From assembly GCA_018812245.1 (NCBI GenBank), contig JAHJDW010000032.1, positions 1,095-65,094 on the forward strand: 64,000 nucleotides of DNA, in the 5' to 3' direction. Shown here one piece after another: positions 34,965 through 43,676 of this stretch. Under the pieces are notes generated by a model. That model saw nothing but the letters and a program-made list of their open reading frames with translations, made no database searches and was not told the DNA's origin. Within the stretch, counting starts at the first letter, position 1. Every line of letters starts with the position of its first letter. Made by a program: the position numbers and the translations under genes. The stretch is from Bacteroidota bacterium (GTDB lineage Bacteria > Bacteroidota > Bacteroidia > Bacteroidales > JAHJDW01).

Positions 34965-34974
34965 GATTTCCAAG

Positions 34975-35048
34975 TGACTCCGGAGGGATTCAAACCCCCA
35001 ACCTTCTGATCCGTAGTCAGATGCTCTATTCAATTGAGCCACGGAGCC
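34975..35048 (-). tRNA. tRNA-Arg (anticodon ACG)
   Basis: Folded by hand as GGCTCCG-TG-GCTC-AATTGAATA-GAGC-A-TCTGA-CTACGGA-TCAGA-AGGTT-GGGGG-TTTGAAT-CCCTC-CGGAGTC-A. It has a 7-bp acceptor stem (one G-U pair), a 4-bp D stem, a 5-bp anticodon stem with loop CT-ACG-GA, and a 5-bp T stem. It is 74 nt with no encoded CCA. Confidence 0.9.
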
Positions 35049-35102
35049 GTTTTGCGGGTGCAAATATACAGGTAAAATCTGAACTTTGCAATCGCAAAAT
35101 TG

Positions 35103-36113
35103 TTACTTAGGCTGGTTTGGCTGTTTGCCCGGCTTACTAATGCTGTCGCGCATAGTAGTATCAGCCTGGATATTCTGCAGCTTATAGTAATCCATGATAC
35201 CAAGATTTCCTGCACGGAAAGCTTCTGCAATTGCCATCGGAATCTGAGCCTCGGCTTCAATTACCTTTGCACGGGCTTCCTGTGCCTTGGCGATCATTTC
35301 CTGCTCGTTGGCTACTGCCATTGCACGACGCTCTTCGGCCTTGGCCTGAGCTACATGCTTATCGGCTTCCGCCTGATCCATCTGGAGAACAGCTCCGATG
35401 TTCTTTCCAATGTCAACGTCTGCAATATCAATCGACAAGATTTCAAACGCGGTTCCTGCATCCAGTCCTTTTCCCAAAACAACTTTGGAAATAGAATCCG
35501 GGTTCTCAAGAACGCTCTTGTGACTTTCAGCCGAACCAATAGACGAAACAATACCTTCGCCAACACGCGCCAGCACAGTTTCTTCTCCTGCCCCTCCTAC
35601 CAACTGTTTGATGCTGGCACGAACCGTTACACGGGCTTTACAAATCAACTGAATACCATCTTTCGCAACGGCCGTAACCGGAGGAGTATCAATTACTTTC
35701 GGATTTACCGACATCTGAACCGCTTCAAACACATCGCGACCGGCAAGGTCAATCGCCGCGGCTGCTTTGAAATCGAGCGGAATGTTTGCCTTATCGGCAC
35801 TGATCAGCGCATTTACAACTGACCTGACGCGACCACCTGCCAGAAAGTGGGCTTCCAACTCGTTGCGCGTGAGTTTTAGTCCGGATTTCTCAGCGCTAAT
35901 CATAGCTGTTACAATAACCTTTGGCGGTACTTTTCTCCAGCGCATAAACACGAGCTGGATCAGCGATACCCTTACGCCGCTGAGCAATGCGGTGAACCAT
36001 AATCCTACAGGCACAAAGTAAAAAATCAGCCAGAGCAGGATCAATGCCGCAACGGCAATCCCTACGAATATCATGGGCTGTGTGTTTTGTAATTCCAAAA
36101 TCAGATTGAGCAT
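35103..36113 (-). CDS. floA: flotillin-like protein FloA (UPF0365/YqfA family)
   Basis: Near-colinear with B. subtilis FloA as I remember it: [102 protein letters not shown] prefer the ATG at 36113 to the tracked TTG at 36137. Confidence 0.9.
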   Translation of the reverse strand: MLNLILELQNTQPMIFVGIAVAALILLWLIFYFVPVGLWFTALLSGVRVSLIQLVFMRWRKVPPKVIVTAMISAEKSGLKLTRNELEAHFLAGGRVRSVVNALISADKANIPLDFKAAAAIDLAGRDVFEAVQMSVNPKVIDTPPVTAVAKDGIQLICKARVTVRASIKQLVGGAGEETVLARVGEGIVSSIGSAESHKSVLENPDSISKVVLGKGLDAGTAFEILSIDIADVDIGKNIGAVLQMDQAEADKHVAQAKAEERRAMAVANEQEMIAKAQEARAKVIEAEAQIPMAIAEAFRAGNLGIMDYYKLQNIQADTTMRDSISKPGKQPNQPK

Positions 36114-36120
36114 AGTGTTA

Positions 36121-36582
36121 TTATTTAGGTTTAACAATTATCTTATTTCCATCTAAATGAAAAATTTCGATCGGAGTACCCGGATCAATAAGTCCTTCGT
36201 ACGACTGAACTTCGAAATATTCATTATGAAACATGGCTTTTCCCATAGGTACCAGACGACCCACAGTAACCCCTTCGTCGCCAATATGGAGCTTCCCCTC
36301 TTCTATCGTGTTAACACGGCTGTCTATTTTCTCTTCCAGCATCGCGTTTTTCCAGGTTTTTGATTTAAGTGAGAAATAAACTCCTACTGCTGTCGTAATC
36401 AGCGTTGTAGCAAGTGTATAGTGCCCCACCTCTTCACCATGCTCAGTATATGATGCGTAAATGGCGCCTCCCATCATCAATACGCCCAGCAAACCAACAA
36501 CACCGCCTGGAAGTATCAGAATTTCCAGTACCAGAAAAAACAATCCGGCTGCAATTAATGTAATAATGATAGTTAATGACAT
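36121..36582 (-). CDS. NfeD-family membrane protein (short form)
   Basis: N-terminal TM helices ([42 protein letters not shown]) and a C-terminal OB-like block [27 protein letters not shown]. It lies immediately upstream of floA, the canonical NfeD-flotillin pairing. The ATG at 36582 is 2 nt after the clpS stop. Confidence 0.8.
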   Translation of the reverse strand: MSLTIIITLIAAGLFFLVLEILILPGGVVGLLGVLMMGGAIYASYTEHGEEVGHYTLATTLITTAVGVYFSLKSKTWKNAMLEEKIDSRVNTIEEGKLHIGDEGVTVGRLVPMGKAMFHNEYFEVQSYEGLIDPGTPIEIFHLDGNKIIVKPK

Positions 36583-36584
36583 AA

Positions 36585-36872
36585 TCAAACGATTTCAGCC
36601 GATAACCCGCGATCAGACAGGCTGGAATACATAGGTTTCAGGTCATCAACCTGACCTGTTTTTACGGTACATTGCCCTTTGAAATGCGTCAGCAGCGCAC
36701 ACTGCTCAGCCTGCAATTCGTCGTGTCCGCAAACATCAACAAGGGTTTCGATGACATATTCGAATGTGTTTACCTCATCATTATACAAGACTAACTCGTT
36801 GTTGCCCGATTCAAGTTCTTTTCCGGTTTGATCAGGTTTCAGGCGAGGATGTTTTTTTACCATAGCGTGCAA
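36585..36872 (-). CDS. clpS: ATP-dependent Clp protease adaptor ClpS
   Basis: The core LVLYNDEVNTFEYVIETLVDVCGHDELQAEQCALLTHFKGQCTVKTG matches the ClpS fold signature (vvLhNDdvntmefVi..L......a......vH..G.a.v). Confidence 0.85.
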   Translation of the reverse strand: MHAMVKKHPRLKPDQTGKELESGNNELVLYNDEVNTFEYVIETLVDVCGHDELQAEQCALLTHFKGQCTVKTGQVDDLKPMYSSLSDRGLSAEIV

Positions 36873-36961
36873 AGTTCATGATTCCAACATGCGAAAATAC
36901 TTTTTTTTTCGATAAAACCCGATGAAACAGAAAAAGTTTTCAACAGAAGGGAGGATAGGCA

Positions 36962-38425
36962 TCAACAATTTATCGCCTCTTTCTTCCTGATCAACGCAAG
37001 CAGTCCTGCAAAGGTCAGCAACCCATTGAGAATCAACAACTCAAATCCAAATACATATCCATTGAAGAGTTCAATGCTGAAATAGCTCAACAAATAACAA
37101 ACAATAGGTGAAACGACAGCAACAATCGGAACCAGCCGGTCGTGAACCGAAAAACGCGTATAAAGTCCAAATGCAAACAAGCCAAGCAAAGGACCATAAG
37201 TGTAACCGGCAGCAGTGAATATAGCGCTGATAACGGCTTCGTCGTTTACCTCGTGGAAAATCATGATCACAACCATCATAACAACCGCCATCAGCAAATG
37301 AATGAAAGTCCGCACGCGCTTTTTCATTTTCTCGTTCCAGTTTTGCCGGTTTCGGATGTCAAGAATATCAATGCAAAACGCTGTAGTTAAAGCAGTTAAC
37401 GAGCCGTCAGCACTACTGTATGCCGCACTGATCAAGCCGATTACAAACACAATGGCCGCCACCGACCCCATTTTCTGCATGGCAAGCATGGGAAACAGGT
37501 TGTCGGTTGTGGTTGGTGTCGAAATTCCTGTTTCGTTGGCAAAAATGTAAAGAGCCGCTCCCAGAAATAAAAACAGCAAATTGATAAACATCATTACCCC
37601 GCTGAGTGTCAGCATATTTTTTTTTGCATCACGCAACGATTTGCATGTCAGGTTTTTCTGCATCATGTCCTGATCGAGGCCAGTCATTACAATGGCAATA
37701 AACACTCCACTGGCAAACTGCTTCCAGAAGTATTGCTTACTCTGCCAATCCCATTCAAAAATTTTCGTGTATCCCCTTTCCTTTGCCAGGCCGATCAAAT
37801 CAGGCAAACTGATGTCAAGGGAATTAAGTATGATAAAAATCGAAATCACCACAGCCGCGAGCATAAAAGTGGTTTGCATGGTATCTGTCCACACTATCGT
37901 TTTTATTCCTCCTTTGAATGTGTAAAGAAGAATGATTCCGGTAAAAATCAGAATCATCAGCCAGAATGGAATATTCAACGCATCGAATACAAATATATGC
38001 AACACATTGATAACCAAAAACATACGAAATGCAGCGCCAATCATTCTGCTAAGAATAAAAAACGCAGAACCGGTACGGTAGCTCGATACGCCAAAGCGCT
38101 GGCCAAGGTATCCATAAATGGAAGTCAGGTTGAGACGATAATAGAGTGGCAGCAAAATCAATGCAATCACGAGGTAACCGATAAAATATCCGAACACCAC
38201 AGCCATGTACGAAAATTGCGTACTCCCCACCCATCCCGGCACCGACATAAAAGTAACTCCGGAAAGCGAAGCGCCAATCATACCATACGACACCACGTAC
38301 CAGGGCGAAGCCTTATTGCCCGTATAATAGCTTTCGCTATCGGCTTTGCGCGTTGTGAACCAACTGATAAAGAAAATCAGAAGTGTATAGGCAACAAAAC
38401 TTATCAGCACAATTGAATTGTTCAC
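36962..38425 (-). CDS. sodium:solute symporter family transporter
   Basis: 487 aa and highly hydrophobic, with about 12-13 TM segments. The N-terminal block YYTGNKASPWYVVSYGMIGASLSGVTFMSVPG is typical of the SSF family. Confidence 0.75.
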   Translation of the reverse strand: MNNSIVLISFVAYTLLIFFISWFTTRKADSESYYTGNKASPWYVVSYGMIGASLSGVTFMSVPGWVGSTQFSYMAVVFGYFIGYLVIALILLPLYYRLNLTSIYGYLGQRFGVSSYRTGSAFFILSRMIGAAFRMFLVINVLHIFVFDALNIPFWLMILIFTGIILLYTFKGGIKTIVWTDTMQTTFMLAAVVISIFIILNSLDISLPDLIGLAKERGYTKIFEWDWQSKQYFWKQFASGVFIAIVMTGLDQDMMQKNLTCKSLRDAKKNMLTLSGVMMFINLLFLFLGAALYIFANETGISTPTTTDNLFPMLAMQKMGSVAAIVFVIGLISAAYSSADGSLTALTTAFCIDILDIRNRQNWNEKMKKRVRTFIHLLMAVVMMVVIMIFHEVNDEAVISAIFTAAGYTYGPLLGLFAFGLYTRFSVHDRLVPIVAVVSPIVCYLLSYFSIELFNGYVFGFELLILNGLLTFAGLLALIRKKEAINC

Positions 38426-38489
38426 TATGTTGAATTTTTTGGAAAATTACACCATAATTTATTACTGATAGTTGAAAGTGGCTGCAACT

Positions 38490-38511
38490 TTTGCACATCG
38501 AAATGTGCAAA
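38490..38511. promoter_or_regulatory. perfect 8-bp inverted repeat TTTGCACA-TCGAAA-TGTGCAAA in a divergent intergenic region
   Basis: Read directly. It lies between the SSF transporter start (38425, minus) and the lipoprotein gene start (38580, plus). The half-site resembles the 23334-23364 palindrome. Confidence 0.4.
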
Positions 38512-38579
38512 GCGGCGAAATGATGGCGGATTGCATTTCTTTGTTAATTTTGCAGCCGAAATACATCAGGAAAATAAAA

Positions 38580-40073
38580 ATGGATTATTCCCGTTTCCAA
38601 GCCATGTTCAGATTTTTTGTTACGATTGTGATTGTTGCACTGATCGGGTTTTCATGCCGAAAAGAAACGCTGTTGGAGGACAATGGGGCTACGCTGGAAT
38701 TTTCGACTGATACCATTGTTTTCGACACAGTATTCTCAACAGTTGGCTCTGCCACACAATTGCTGACCATTTACAACCCATACAATAAAACCCTGAGAAT
38801 CAAATCAATAACGCTCGCCAGAGGACCATCTTCTCAATTCTCTATTAATGTAAACGGAACTGCGGGAGTAAGTTTCAAAGACATTGATATCGCGGCGAAA
38901 GACAGCCTGTTTGTTTTTGCCCGGGTGACGATTGACCCCGGAAACATGAACAATCCGTTTGTAGTTACCGACAGCATCATTTTCGAGACCAACGGGCAAC
39001 TTCAGGATGTTGACCTTGTGGCATGGGGGCAGGATGCGTATTACCACACTCCTGATCACTTTTTTCCGAACTTTCCGCCATATTCCATCATTGACTGTGC
39101 CTTGCCATGGACAAACGATAAGCCACACGTGGTTTATGGCTGGGCAGTTGTTGATTCCGGAACTGTGCTAACAATGAATCCCGGAACCCGCGTGTATATG
39201 CACAACGAATCGGTGCTATGGGTTTATAGCGACGGCAGTTTAAAGATAAACGGTACAAACGACGATCAGGTTATTATTCAGGGCGACCGTCTGGAGCATT
39301 ATTACGATGATGTTCCCGGACAATGGGGCAGAATATGGCTTTCGGCAGGCAGCAAAGACAACGTGATTGACCACGCCCATATAAAAAACGGCACTATCGG
39401 GCTGCTTGTTGACACATTAGGCGCTTCAGCATCGCCAACATTGACAATCCGAAATTCAATTGTTGAAAACATGAGTTTTGCCGGGCTATACGCACAAGGA
39501 AGCGTCGTTTTGGCCGATAACTGTGTATTTGCAAATTGCGCACAATACTGTGTAGCATTGGCTTTGGGAGGCTGGTACGAGTTTACGCATTGCACAATAG
39601 CCAATTACTGGAAATACCAGAACCGTACTACTCCTGCACTCATTTTGAACAACTATTACGAAGACGTAAATGGAGCCATTCAGGTGCGTACGCTTGAGAA
39701 AGCCTGGTTTGGAAACTGCATCATTTTCGGGTCGAACGAAACAGAAATCGGATTTGACCAGTTCCCGGCCGGCACATTCTCCTATTTGTTTGATAACAGT
39801 CTGATTCAGATTGACCCGGAGATCAACACCTCTGATGCAAATTTCTACAACAATATCATTAAAAACCCTACCGCATTTATTATTGAAGATGTGCTGCACG
39901 ACCCGGTTTTCAATGATCAGAGCAAATATGACTTTCGTTTGTTTGCCGACAGCAAGGCGCGAAACGCCGGCAACATGTCAATTGCCACACCTTTGCCCGA
40001 CGATCTGGAGGGCAACAGTCGCCTGCAGGATGGACAACCCGATCTGGGCGCATACGAATTTCAGCCTGATTAA
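38580..40073 (+). CDS. lipoprotein with right-handed parallel beta-helix repeats
   Basis: The ATG at 38580 gives MDYSRFQAMFRFFVTIVIVALIGFSC (lipobox). It has repeated N/G-rich turns (IKNGTIGLLVD, IRNSIVENMSFAGLYAQGS, LADNCVFANCAQYCV) and a C-terminal DLGAYEF typical of beta-helix proteins. Confidence 0.65.
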   Translation: MDYSRFQAMFRFFVTIVIVALIGFSCRKETLLEDNGATLEFSTDTIVFDTVFSTVGSATQLLTIYNPYNKTLRIKSITLARGPSSQFSINVNGTAGVSFKDIDIAAKDSLFVFARVTIDPGNMNNPFVVTDSIIFETNGQLQDVDLVAWGQDAYYHTPDHFFPNFPPYSIIDCALPWTNDKPHVVYGWAVVDSGTVLTMNPGTRVYMHNESVLWVYSDGSLKINGTNDDQVIIQGDRLEHYYDDVPGQWGRIWLSAGSKDNVIDHAHIKNGTIGLLVDTLGASASPTLTIRNSIVENMSFAGLYAQGSVVLADNCVFANCAQYCVALALGGWYEFTHCTIANYWKYQNRTTPALILNNYYEDVNGAIQVRTLEKAWFGNCIIFGSNETEIGFDQFPAGTFSYLFDNSLIQIDPEINTSDANFYNNIIKNPTAFIIEDVLHDPVFNDQSKYDFRLFADSKARNAGNMSIATPLPDDLEGNSRLQDGQPDLGAYEFQPD

Positions 40074-40091
40074 CAAGCAGATAAAAACAAC

Positions 40092-40505
40092 TTAGTGCGA
40101 AACTGTCATCACTAATCTGCCGTGTGTGATTCCTTTCAGCCCGATAAGATTGTCGGCAAGTAACTGAAGCTCACGCGCTTTGCCCTTAACCGCAATTGTT
40201 TCAAGACAATGATCATGATCGAGGTGAACATGCTGAACCGAGAGAATGAGGTGGTGAAAATCATGTTGAACATGCGTTGATTTTTTCTGCAACTCCCGTT
40301 TGTGATGATCATAAACCAAAACGATAGCACCAGCAACCATTTCGTCGTCGCTCCATTTCTCTTCAACCATGTTCTTTTGCACTAGATATCGTATTGCCTG
40401 CGAGCGGTTTGGGAATTTGTGATTCGCTACCAGACCGTCGAGTTCATTGAGCAGGTTTTCGTCGAGCGAAACTCCGAAGCGTTTAATTGTTCCTTTTTTT
40501 GCCAT
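40092..40505 (-). CDS. nikR: nickel-responsive transcriptional regulator NikR
   Basis: The ATG at 40505 gives [42 protein letters not shown] (ribbon-helix-helix). The ACT-like metal-binding domain follows, with its His cluster ([10 protein letters not shown]...[25 protein letters not shown]). Confidence 0.85.
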   Translation of the reverse strand: MAKKGTIKRFGVSLDENLLNELDGLVANHKFPNRSQAIRYLVQKNMVEEKWSDDEMVAGAIVLVYDHHKRELQKKSTHVQHDFHHLILSVQHVHLDHDHCLETIAVKGKARELQLLADNLIGLKGITHGRLVMTVSH

Positions 40506-40510
40506 AGCGA

Positions 40511-40549
40511 CAAAAATAACACATTTTTGCAAAAATGAAACGCATTTTG
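40511..40549. promoter_or_regulatory. cluster of CAAAAAT/ATTTTTG half-sites, including a perfect 14-bp palindrome ATTTTTGCAAAAAT (40523-40536)
   Basis: CAAAAAT-AACAC-ATTTTTG-CAAAAATG-AAACG-CATTTTG, read directly in the 58-bp nikR / MBL-hydrolase divergent region. Confidence 0.4.
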
Positions 40550-40557
40550 TATCTTTG
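40526..40557 (+). promoter_or_regulatory. Bacteroidota-type promoter: -33 TTTG (40526-40529), 20-bp spacer, -7 TATCTTTG (40550-40557)
   Basis: Both consensus elements are present with canonical 19-21 bp spacing. The ATG of the MBL-fold gene is at 40564. Confidence 0.6.
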
Positions 40558-40563
40558 TCAATA

Positions 40564-41331
40564 ATGAAAATCAGCTTTCTTGGCACCGGCACCTCTACAG
40601 GAGTTCCTGTAATCTCATGCACCTGCGAAGTATGTACGTCGGCAGACCCACGCGACCAGCGACTGCGCTCCTCCCTTCTGCTGGAAAACGCCGACGATAA
40701 GATCATCATCGACTGCGGTCCGGATTTTCGTCAACAGATGATTAGTATCAACATGGATTTCCCGACAGGCATAATTATTACGCACGGTCATCGCGACCAC
40801 ATTGCCGGGCTGGATGATATCCGCGGATTTAATTTCATTCATCGCAAACCAGTCGAAATATTTATTCCTCAACATTCATTACATGCAATCCAAACGGAAT
40901 TTCCGTACATTTTCAACCCTGGCAATTACAAAAGAGCGCCATCTGCAAACATCCATACGCTGAAAGGCGAGAATTTCACTGTGGGAAGCACTACTTTCAC
41001 GCCTCTGCCATGTTTGCATAATTTAGAGGAGGTTTGGGGATATAAAACCGGGAACTTTGCCTATATCACCGATGCCAGCTCCATCTCTGAAGAGACCATT
41101 GATCTTCTGTCAGGCATCGACTATCTGGTGCTTAATGCGCTACGTATTAAGCCCCATCCAAGTCATTTCTCTCTCGAACAAGCCATTGATCTGGTATTAA
41201 GAGTAATTAAGCCGGGCAAGGTCTGGTTTACCCACATCAGTCACTTCATGGGACTTCATGCCGATGCCTCCGAATTTCTCCCCGAAGGAATTTCATTGGC
41301 TTACGACGGGCTATCTGTTGAGTTGAGCTGA
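40564..41331 (+). CDS. MBL-fold metallo-hydrolase (PhnP/GPDQ-like)
   Basis: [26 protein letters not shown] (Cys-rich N-terminus as in PhnP-like enzymes) and the HxHxDH motif as [14 protein letters not shown]. Confidence 0.8.
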   Translation: MKISFLGTGTSTGVPVISCTCEVCTSADPRDQRLRSSLLLENADDKIIIDCGPDFRQQMISINMDFPTGIIITHGHRDHIAGLDDIRGFNFIHRKPVEIFIPQHSLHAIQTEFPYIFNPGNYKRAPSANIHTLKGENFTVGSTTFTPLPCLHNLEEVWGYKTGNFAYITDASSISEETIDLLSGIDYLVLNALRIKPHPSHFSLEQAIDLVLRVIKPGKVWFTHISHFMGLHADASEFLPEGISLAYDGLSVELS

Positions 41332-41390
41332 TTTTCCTTTTGTTCAAACAAAAAGACGAACTCTATTTCGTTGCAATATTTCCGGCAATA

Positions 41391-42248
41391 TTAGTTCATC
41401 AAAGCAGCCGGAAAATAATCGTTTTGGTTGGAGTACAGCTTAATGAAACTGATTTCAGGAGGCATTCCGATTCTGGAAGGCATGCCGTGGAAACCAAACC
41501 CACGATTTACAAATAAATATTGGTCTCCCTCTTTATATAAACCATCCCAATGGCGATACAATAGTCTGGCAGGGCTTATTTTATTCAGGTTGCGACCTGC
41601 GCCAATCTGAAAACCATGAGTATGACCACTGAAAGTAATATCAACATCCAGATGCTGACCCAATATTTCGTTTTTCCAATGAAAAGGGTCATGGGTTAAT
41701 AACATTTTGATACTGCACGTTTCAGTCCCGGCAAGTGCTTTATCAATATCCGCCCTGCGGGGATGACGCTTAAGTTTGCCCTGATTTTCAACACCTATTA
41801 TGGCAATCTTCTCCCCTTCAGCTTCAATAATATGATTCTCATTTACCAAGAGGTTCCAGCCCAACGCATGATTCAGACGTAGAAGCTCCTCAAGACCCAA
41901 CTCCGCGTTGCCAAAGCGTTTCTGCGGATAATCATGGTTGCCAGCGACGGTATATACGCCGTATTTGGATTCAATACTTCCGAAAATCGGCAACAAATCT
42001 GAAATTTCACTGATTCGCTTATTCACAAGATCGCCGGTAAAAAAAACGATGTCTGGTTCAAGCTCATTTACTGAATCAATTCCCTTCAATACCGAATCGT
42101 AATCTCGCAAACTACCCGCGTGAATATCAGAAAGATGCACAATGCGCAACCCGTCGAATACCTCAGGTAAATCCTCAAGAACAATAGAAGCGGTTCTTAT
42201 CTGGTATTTGTAAACACCCGTGACTTTATGGAGCAGTTTTACCAGCAA
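41391..42248 (-). CDS. calcineurin-like metallophosphoesterase
   Basis: LRIVHLSDIHAGS, FFTGDLVN, VAGNHDY, LLTHDP and FSGHTHGFQ are the five canonical metallophosphoesterase blocks. TTG start as tracked. Confidence 0.85.
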   Translation of the reverse strand: MLVKLLHKVTGVYKYQIRTASIVLEDLPEVFDGLRIVHLSDIHAGSLRDYDSVLKGIDSVNELEPDIVFFTGDLVNKRISEISDLLPIFGSIESKYGVYTVAGNHDYPQKRFGNAELGLEELLRLNHALGWNLLVNENHIIEAEGEKIAIIGVENQGKLKRHPRRADIDKALAGTETCSIKMLLTHDPFHWKNEILGQHLDVDITFSGHTHGFQIGAGRNLNKISPARLLYRHWDGLYKEGDQYLFVNRGFGFHGMPSRIGMPPEISFIKLYSNQNDYFPAALMN

Positions 42249-42332
42249 TGAAAGAAGGTTTTTGCAAAGTTAATATTTTTGAGAACTTTGCCGGAGTTAA
42301 TTTTGACTTTTTTCGTATAATAATCAATATTC

Positions 42333-43568
42333 ATGTTTAATTATTTGTCAATCAAATCAATAACGGGCACTCATCTCCTATTTTTATTAGTATCAGCACT
42401 TTTCAGTAGTTGCTCAGGTGATCAGAATGCAAAACCAAAGCCTACATGTACATATCAGTTTGAAGCTATCGACAGCATTAATACAATTCGTCAGGTTGAG
42501 AATCAACACCTTGCGTTTCCGGACATTCAGCTACTTCCTGATGGCAGAATTGTAATGGTTTATAGAGAAGGTGACATACACGTTGACAAGTCAGGAAAAA
42601 TCGTGATGCAGATCAGCAGCGACAAAGGGAAAACATGGTCGGAACCCGCTACGGTAATTGACGACCCGGAATCAGACGACCGTGACCCTTCAATATCTTA
42701 TGGTAACGATAGCCTGTTGCGAATCGTCTATTTTCGATATGTCAGAAACATCAAGACCGATTTGCCTAAGGCTATTTCGCAGGTTTACTTTGCTACTTCT
42801 GACAAATCGCTGGTTTCATTTCCGAATAGTATCAAAACTTCGACCGACAGCTTAACTCTTGAAAGTGCTTTTGTTAAAGACAGCCTGTATTGGTGTTATC
42901 CCGATAGCACGCCCATCAAAACACGCGGCGTCAGCAGCAGAGCCATCGAAGACAACGACCATTGGATTATACCAGTTTATGGTGGAAATCCGGCAGTAAC
43001 CGACACTACCGGGAAATGGATATCGCCATGCAGCCGCATCAGCTTTATTGAAGGAAATGAGAAAAAATGGACTGAAAGATATGTCAACGAAAAACTGCTG
43101 CAGAAAGTCTGGTTGCAGGAACCGTCGGTATTGAAGATCACCAACAGCCTTTGGGTTATGCATATCCGCACTGCCAAAGGAAATCCATTCGACAACGGCA
43201 TGATGGCGCAATCTATTTCGAACGACGGTGGTATAACCTGGTCGGCATGGTTTTACCTAGGATTTACCGGACACTCACCTTTCCTTTTCAAGTGCAGCAA
43301 TGGACTGATCGTAAGCGCATTTCGCTGGCTCGACAAGGATTTCAAAAATGAGAGCACCGCATTTATATGGTCTGCCGACTCGTGCATGAACTGGAGCGAC
43401 GTAGTTCAGGTGGAACCAGCCGGCTCGTGGGACTGTGCTTACCCAAGTATTGCCGAAACAGGAAAAGATACACTGCTATTCGTGTGGTATTCAGAAAATG
43501 GCACCAAACTCAAAGCCAGAAATTACAGGATTGTCAGAAATATCACTTCTCCATACTTCTTACCTTAA
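42333..43568 (+). CDS. BNR/Asp-box repeat protein (sialidase-like beta-propeller), lipoprotein
   Basis: Lipobox-like LVSALFSSCSG. Asp-box motifs SSDKGKTWSE and SNDGGITWS. Confidence 0.7.
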   Translation: MFNYLSIKSITGTHLLFLLVSALFSSCSGDQNAKPKPTCTYQFEAIDSINTIRQVENQHLAFPDIQLLPDGRIVMVYREGDIHVDKSGKIVMQISSDKGKTWSEPATVIDDPESDDRDPSISYGNDSLLRIVYFRYVRNIKTDLPKAISQVYFATSDKSLVSFPNSIKTSTDSLTLESAFVKDSLYWCYPDSTPIKTRGVSSRAIEDNDHWIIPVYGGNPAVTDTTGKWISPCSRISFIEGNEKKWTERYVNEKLLQKVWLQEPSVLKITNSLWVMHIRTAKGNPFDNGMMAQSISNDGGITWSAWFYLGFTGHSPFLFKCSNGLIVSAFRWLDKDFKNESTAFIWSADSCMNWSDVVQVEPAGSWDCAYPSIAETGKDTLLFVWYSENGTKLKARNYRIVRNITSPYFLP

Positions 43569-43582
43569 ATTTTCTTAAATAG

Positions 43583-43613
43583 TTTGCAATTATCATTTCT
43601 ATTTATACTTTTG
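43583..43613 (+). promoter_or_regulatory. Bacteroidota-type promoter: -33 TTTG (43583-43586), 19-bp spacer, -7 TACTTTTG (43606-43613)
   Basis: Both elements are present with canonical spacing, upstream of the S9 peptidase gene (ATG at 43677). Confidence 0.55.
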
Positions 43614-43676
43614 AAGCGCCTACACAACTAACCAGGGTTGATCAATAAGAATTTATCAACCTAAATAATAATTTGT

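Noticed and set aside
34166-34974. I considered whether the ORF-free gap hides tmRNA, RNase P RNA or SRP RNA.
   Set aside because: I found none of the conserved landmarks: no GAGGAAAGTCC-type RNase P CR-I block, no tRNA-like GGTTCGAATCC...CCA end, and no SRP GGAA/AGCA domain IV motifs. The question is left open as a finding rather than an RNA call.
24857-40505. I considered whether hypF plus nikR mark a hydrogenase or nickel island.
   Set aside because: The two genes are 13 kb apart and separated by unrelated housekeeping genes. No hyp, hydrogenase or nickel-transport genes are in the window.
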